From positions 1 to 48,743 of the IMG/VR virus record IMGVR_UViG_3300020120_000076: a stretch of DNA of 48,743 nt; one strand, 5' to 3'. The notes below the pieces were generated by a model. That model was not told the DNA's origin. It did not search any database and saw nothing but the letters and a program-made list of their open reading frames with translations. Position numbers and translations under genes: made by a program. Shown one piece after another: positions 45,739 to 48,743 of the stretch (positions within the stretch are counted from its first letter, which is position 1; each line of letters begins with the position of its first letter). Source of the stretch: a virus (lineage: Duplodnaviria > Caudoviricetes).

Positions 45739-46121
45739 GCGGTAACCGCCTTGATGACTGCGAATGCGATGACGATGGCTTCCCCGAGGGAGCCGGCGGT
45801 GTTGTTCCGGACGTCGATCGTGGCCGAGCCCGCGGCACACCGCGCGTTGAGCGTGTACGAGCCCGGGGTGCCGCCCGACAAATGGTTCAAGATTATCACG
45901 TCGGTCGCCGCGATCTTGGAGTTGGTCAGGACGAACGAGACGATCGTGGCCGCCGCGAGCGCGGCGTTGTTCATCGTGATCGCGCCACAGATGTTGTTGA
46001 GCGTGACTCCGGTGGCCTTCGAGGTGAGCTGGGTGACCGCCGCTCCAGCTCCGGTGCCGTACCCGACGCCGTCGCCCGTCACTGAGAGGATGCCGCCCGA
46101 GGCGGTAATCGCGTTTGCCAT
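45735..46121 (-). CDS. Small virion structural protein (128 aa)
   Basis: VTQLTSKATGVTLNNICGAITMNNAALAA motif common in phage structural clusters. Confidence 0.75.
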   Translation of the reverse strand: MANAITASGGILSVTGDGVGYGTGAGAAVTQLTSKATGVTLNNICGAITMNNAALAAATIVSFVLTNSKIAATDVIILNHLSGGTPGSYTLNARCAAGSATIDVRNNTAGSLGEAIVIAFAVIKAVTA

Positions 46122-46124
46122 AGG

Positions 46125-47426
46125 TCAGGTCCCGTAGGGGAGAGCGAGGAGGATCAACTGGCCGCCCGAGGCGATCGTGAGTGTCACCGCGGCGGCGATC
46201 GTGAGCTGGCCGAACAGGACGCACCGCTGGGTTGCGCCGATCGTCTCGCTGTTGTTGAGCGTGGCGTCGAAGATCGGAAGCCCGATGGCCGAGTCCGATC
46301 CGCCGGCTAAGTGCGTGGTCGCGTGCGCGGTCGGCGTCCTGGCGTCGGTCAGTCGCGCGTCATTGCCCGCGACGGCCGTGGTGCCCGTGGCTCCAATGAT
46401 CGGGGGCTGTGGATCGGCGAGCTGGCCCGAGAGGCCGCCGACATTCAGCGCGTCCGAGCCCCCGACCTGGTGACTCGTCTTGTGCGCCGTGGGCGTCCTC
46501 GCGTCGGATAGCCGGGAGTCGTTGCCCGCCGCCGCCTGGGCCGCGCCCGTGCCGAGCGTGCGGAGCGATCCCGTGGACGCCGCCGCGTCGATCGCCAGGG
46601 CGTCAGATCCTCCGGCGTTGTGCGAGGTCGCGTGGGCTGTTGGGGTGCGGGCGTTGGTCAAACGCGAATCATTGCCGGCCACGGCGGTCGTTCCGGTCGC
46701 CCCAATGATCGGCGGCTGGGGGTCCGCCAACACGCCGCTCAACCCGGTGACGCTGATCTCGTCCGTCCCGCCGTCCTGGTGACTCGTGGCATGGGCGGTC
46801 GGCGTTCTCGCGTTGGTGAGCCGCGAGTCGTTCCCGGCGACTGCGGTGGTGCCCGTCGCGCCGATGATCGGCGGTTGCGGGTCGGCGAGTACCCCGCTTA
46901 GGCCGCCGACGTTGATCTCGTCGGAGCCGCCGTCTTGGTGACTTGTCTTGTGCGCGCTCGGCGTACGGGTGTCCGAGAGCCGGGCGTCGTCGCCAGCGGC
47001 CACGGTCCCGGCGACCGCGCCGACGTTCAACACGGCCGCGCCGCCCAGGCCAAGGGCCGTGCGCGCCGCGCTCGGACTGGCGAGGTCGGTGAGGTTGGAA
47101 GCGCGCTGGGCCGACACGGCGATGGCCGCCGCCTGGGCCGCCGCCGCCGCCCCTACGGGGTCGCTCGCCGCCACGGCGGCCGAGTAGGCTGCCGCCGCCA
47201 GCCCCGCCGCATCGAAGGCCGAGCTGGGCTGGAGCGCCGCGCTCCCGAGCCCGGCGACGTCGGCGTTGGGGATCGTCGCCGCGGGCACGTCGTACGCGCC
47301 GCCCGTGACGTGAACGTACCCCGAGCCGGCCGGAGGGACACCAGGCGCAAGCGAGGCGTCGATCTCAGGGGGAAGATCAGGGAGCGCCGAGGCGACAAGC
47401 GCGTTGAGGAGCTCGTTGCCGGCCAT
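46125..47426 (-). CDS. Tail fibre with five HxxxH-containing repeats (433 aa)
   Basis: SNLTDL...AARTALGLG, then five copies of AGND[SA]RL.[DN]ARTPTAH.TSH..GG.D. Confidence 0.8.
   Translation of the reverse strand: MAGNELLNALVASALPDLPPEIDASLAPGVPPAGSGYVHVTGGAYDVPAATIPNADVAGLGSAALQPSSAFDAAGLAAAAYSAAVAASDPVGAAAAAQAAAIAVSAQRASNLTDLASPSAARTALGLGGAAVLNVGAVAGTVAAGDDARLSDTRTPSAHKTSHQDGGSDEINVGGLSGVLADPQPPIIGATGTTAVAGNDSRLTNARTPTAHATSHQDGGTDEISVTGLSGVLADPQPPIIGATGTTAVAGNDSRLTNARTPTAHATSHNAGGSDALAIDAAASTGSLRTLGTGAAQAAAGNDSRLSDARTPTAHKTSHQVGGSDALNVGGLSGQLADPQPPIIGATGTTAVAGNDARLTDARTPTAHATTHLAGGSDSAIGLPIFDATLNNSETIGATQRCVLFGQLTIAAAVTLTIASGGQLILLALPYGT
46290..47000 (-). repeat. Five roughly 150-160-bp intragenic repeats in the fibre gene
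   Basis: Protein repeats of 50-53 aa, near-identical in amino acids but diverged in codons. Confidence 0.85.
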
Positions 47427-47899
47427 TATCCGGTCACCGCCGCCCGGCTCTCCCGGACGATCTCATGCTCGATCTCGACCCCGCCGACGTCGACCGCGCC
47501 CACGAACCCCGCGTCGAACATCTCGACCACCACCTCGATCCAGGTCCCGCGGGGCGCGTAGCGGAGGCGCTCGACGCCGGCCACGATATAGGGCTGCATG
47601 AGCGACACCTCGTGCTCGCGCACGGTGCCGGTGTCCCGGCCGCCCGAGAGAAAGATCACCTCGCTCGTCAACGTCTTGTCGTCGATCACGACTGAGACGC
47701 GGAGCACGACCGGGGTTAAGTAATGTCTCGTTGTGAAATACAAATTATAGAACGCGCATTCGCCCCCGATCCCCGCCGGGGCGGCGCGGTTCGTGTGGCC
47801 GAGGAAGGCGTACGCTACACCGCCGTCGTCGAATCCCTCGCCCGCGTGGAGGAGGGTGATGTCGTCGGCTTCGGCCACGAGCAGGATGGGGCGGCTCAT
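47426..47899 (-). CDS. Tail protein resembling a detached nozzle C-terminal domain (157 aa)
   Basis: GFDDGGVAY...RGTWIEVVVE...VGGVEIEHEIVR; ATGA overlap with the nozzle gene stop. Confidence 0.55.
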   Translation of the reverse strand: MSRPILLVAEADDITLLHAGEGFDDGGVAYAFLGHTNRAAPAGIGGECAFYNLYFTTRHYLTPVVLRVSVVIDDKTLTSEVIFLSGGRDTGTVREHEVSLMQPYIVAGVERLRYAPRGTWIEVVVEMFDAGFVGAVDVGGVEIEHEIVRESRAAVTG

Positions 47900-48743
47900 G
47901 GGTCCGTGGTCTCCGACAAGAACGAGATCGCCGGCCAGCTAAAGAGCGGTCCCGCGTAGGGCGGCGTCGGCACCCCGCCCCGGAGGAGGCGCGCGGCAAA
48001 GACGTAGCTCGTCGAGGGCGCGAGGCCGCCGAACAACCAGGTCTCGTTGGCCCCGACGGGCGCGGGTGTCACGGCGAGGCTCGGCACCGGGTCCTCGACA
48101 GGGAGCACGTTGTACCACTCGATCGACTCGGTCCCGTCTAGGGTCCCGAGCTGGTGGGCGTTCATCGTGATCGAGGTCGAGTCCTTCGCACTCGTGCTCA
48201 CCTCGGTCTCGGTCGCGGGCGATCCGGGATCAACGGGGCCCCCGGGCGACGACAGCGTGACGGCGGTTTTCCGCGCCGTGGCCGGCCAGAGGTTGGGGTT
48301 GTTCGAGGTGTAGCCCGCGCCCGCGAGGCCGTTTCGCTTGACGCGGACGGCCATCAAGTAGCCCAGGCCCGGCAAGAGCGCGGCGTAGAGGTTCTCGCTC
48401 GTCGCGTCCAGGAGCCCGATCGGGACCGTGGCGTAGACGCTCCAGACGAGAATGTTCGGGTCGAGCAACCACCACTCGGCGACCTCGCCGCCGAGGAGCG
48501 CCCCCACGACGTCGGCCGTCTGGTCGATCGTCGTGTCGGTCACCTCGGTCCCGTCCATTTCGAGATGGGCCTCGGGCGCGAGCTCACCTTGCGATTGGAA
48601 CACGATCCCGCCGCACGCGAGGTCGACCCCGTAGTCGGCGAAGCTCCATCGCTTACGCTGGGGGTCGAACAGGTGGAGCACGTAGGCCCACGAGCCGAAC
48701 ACGAAGCGCACCTCGCGCGTGATCGGCTGGTAGACGGCGAACC
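47896..48743 (-). CDS. C-terminal part of the nozzle protein (continues from 1094->1), ending in FN3-like domains
   Basis: In frame with the 1-1094 part; ALLPGLGYLMAVRV and FGGLAPSTSYVFAAR FN3-type motifs. Confidence 0.7.
   Translation of the reverse strand, partial: FAVYQPITREVRFVFGSWAYVLHLFDPQRKRWSFADYGVDLACGGIVFQSQGELAPEAHLEMDGTEVTDTTIDQTADVVGALLGGEVAEWWLLDPNILVWSVYATVPIGLLDATSENLYAALLPGLGYLMAVRVKRNGLAGAGYTSNNPNLWPATARKTAVTLSSPGGPVDPGSPATETEVSTSAKDSTSITMNAHQLGTLDGTESIEWYNVLPVEDPVPSLAVTPAPVGANETWLFGGLAPSTSYVFAARLLRGGVPTPPYAGPLFSWPAISFLSETTDP
48617..48743. repeat. Terminal direct repeat (copy 2)
   Basis: Identical to 1-127. Confidence 0.95.

Noticed and set aside
46290-47000. CRISPR array or DGR template/variable repeat pair
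   Set aside because: The repeats are in-frame protein repeats with synonymous, not adenine-specific, differences; no reverse transcriptase or cas gene seen.

Overview
The window is a complete, circularly assembled, GC-rich (about 70% by eye) tailed dsDNA phage genome of 48,616 bp. Bases 1-127 are repeated exactly at 48617-48743, and one gene runs across that join. The architecture is podovirus-like, with no tape-measure, tube or sheath genes. A back-to-back sigma70-type promoter pair at 24.9 kb drives two transcripts: (i) a short rightward early operon (DUF932 protein, small ORFs, Xre-HTH), and (ii) a long leftward transcript (TerS, accessory genes, TerL, LuxR-type regulator, glycan-binding/Ig proteins, portal, scaffold, major capsid, three adaptor-like proteins, PKD protein, nozzle, fibre, ejection proteins including a 2652-aa giant, lysis cassette). 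A separate leftward recombination/replication operon (YqaJ, RecT, initiator with internal iterons, HTH, VRR-NUC, DEDDh exonuclease) has its own promoter. I saw no integrase, partition system, DNA polymerase, helicase, tRNA or CRISPR array. The most striking unexplained element is a roughly 105-nt non-coding unit at about 28256-28360. It has its own promoter and terminator, and its seed (CCUGCCUGGCUCCGUGUUGC) is complementary to the ribosome-binding sites of the first gene of all three operons plus three other genes, making it a candidate RNA master repressor. Also notable: a major capsid protein with a signal-peptide/lipobox-like leader, a cis hairpin that hides the yqaJ RBS only in read-through transcripts, and synonymously diverged fibre repeats. 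All family calls come from motif recognition by eye; no database search was run.
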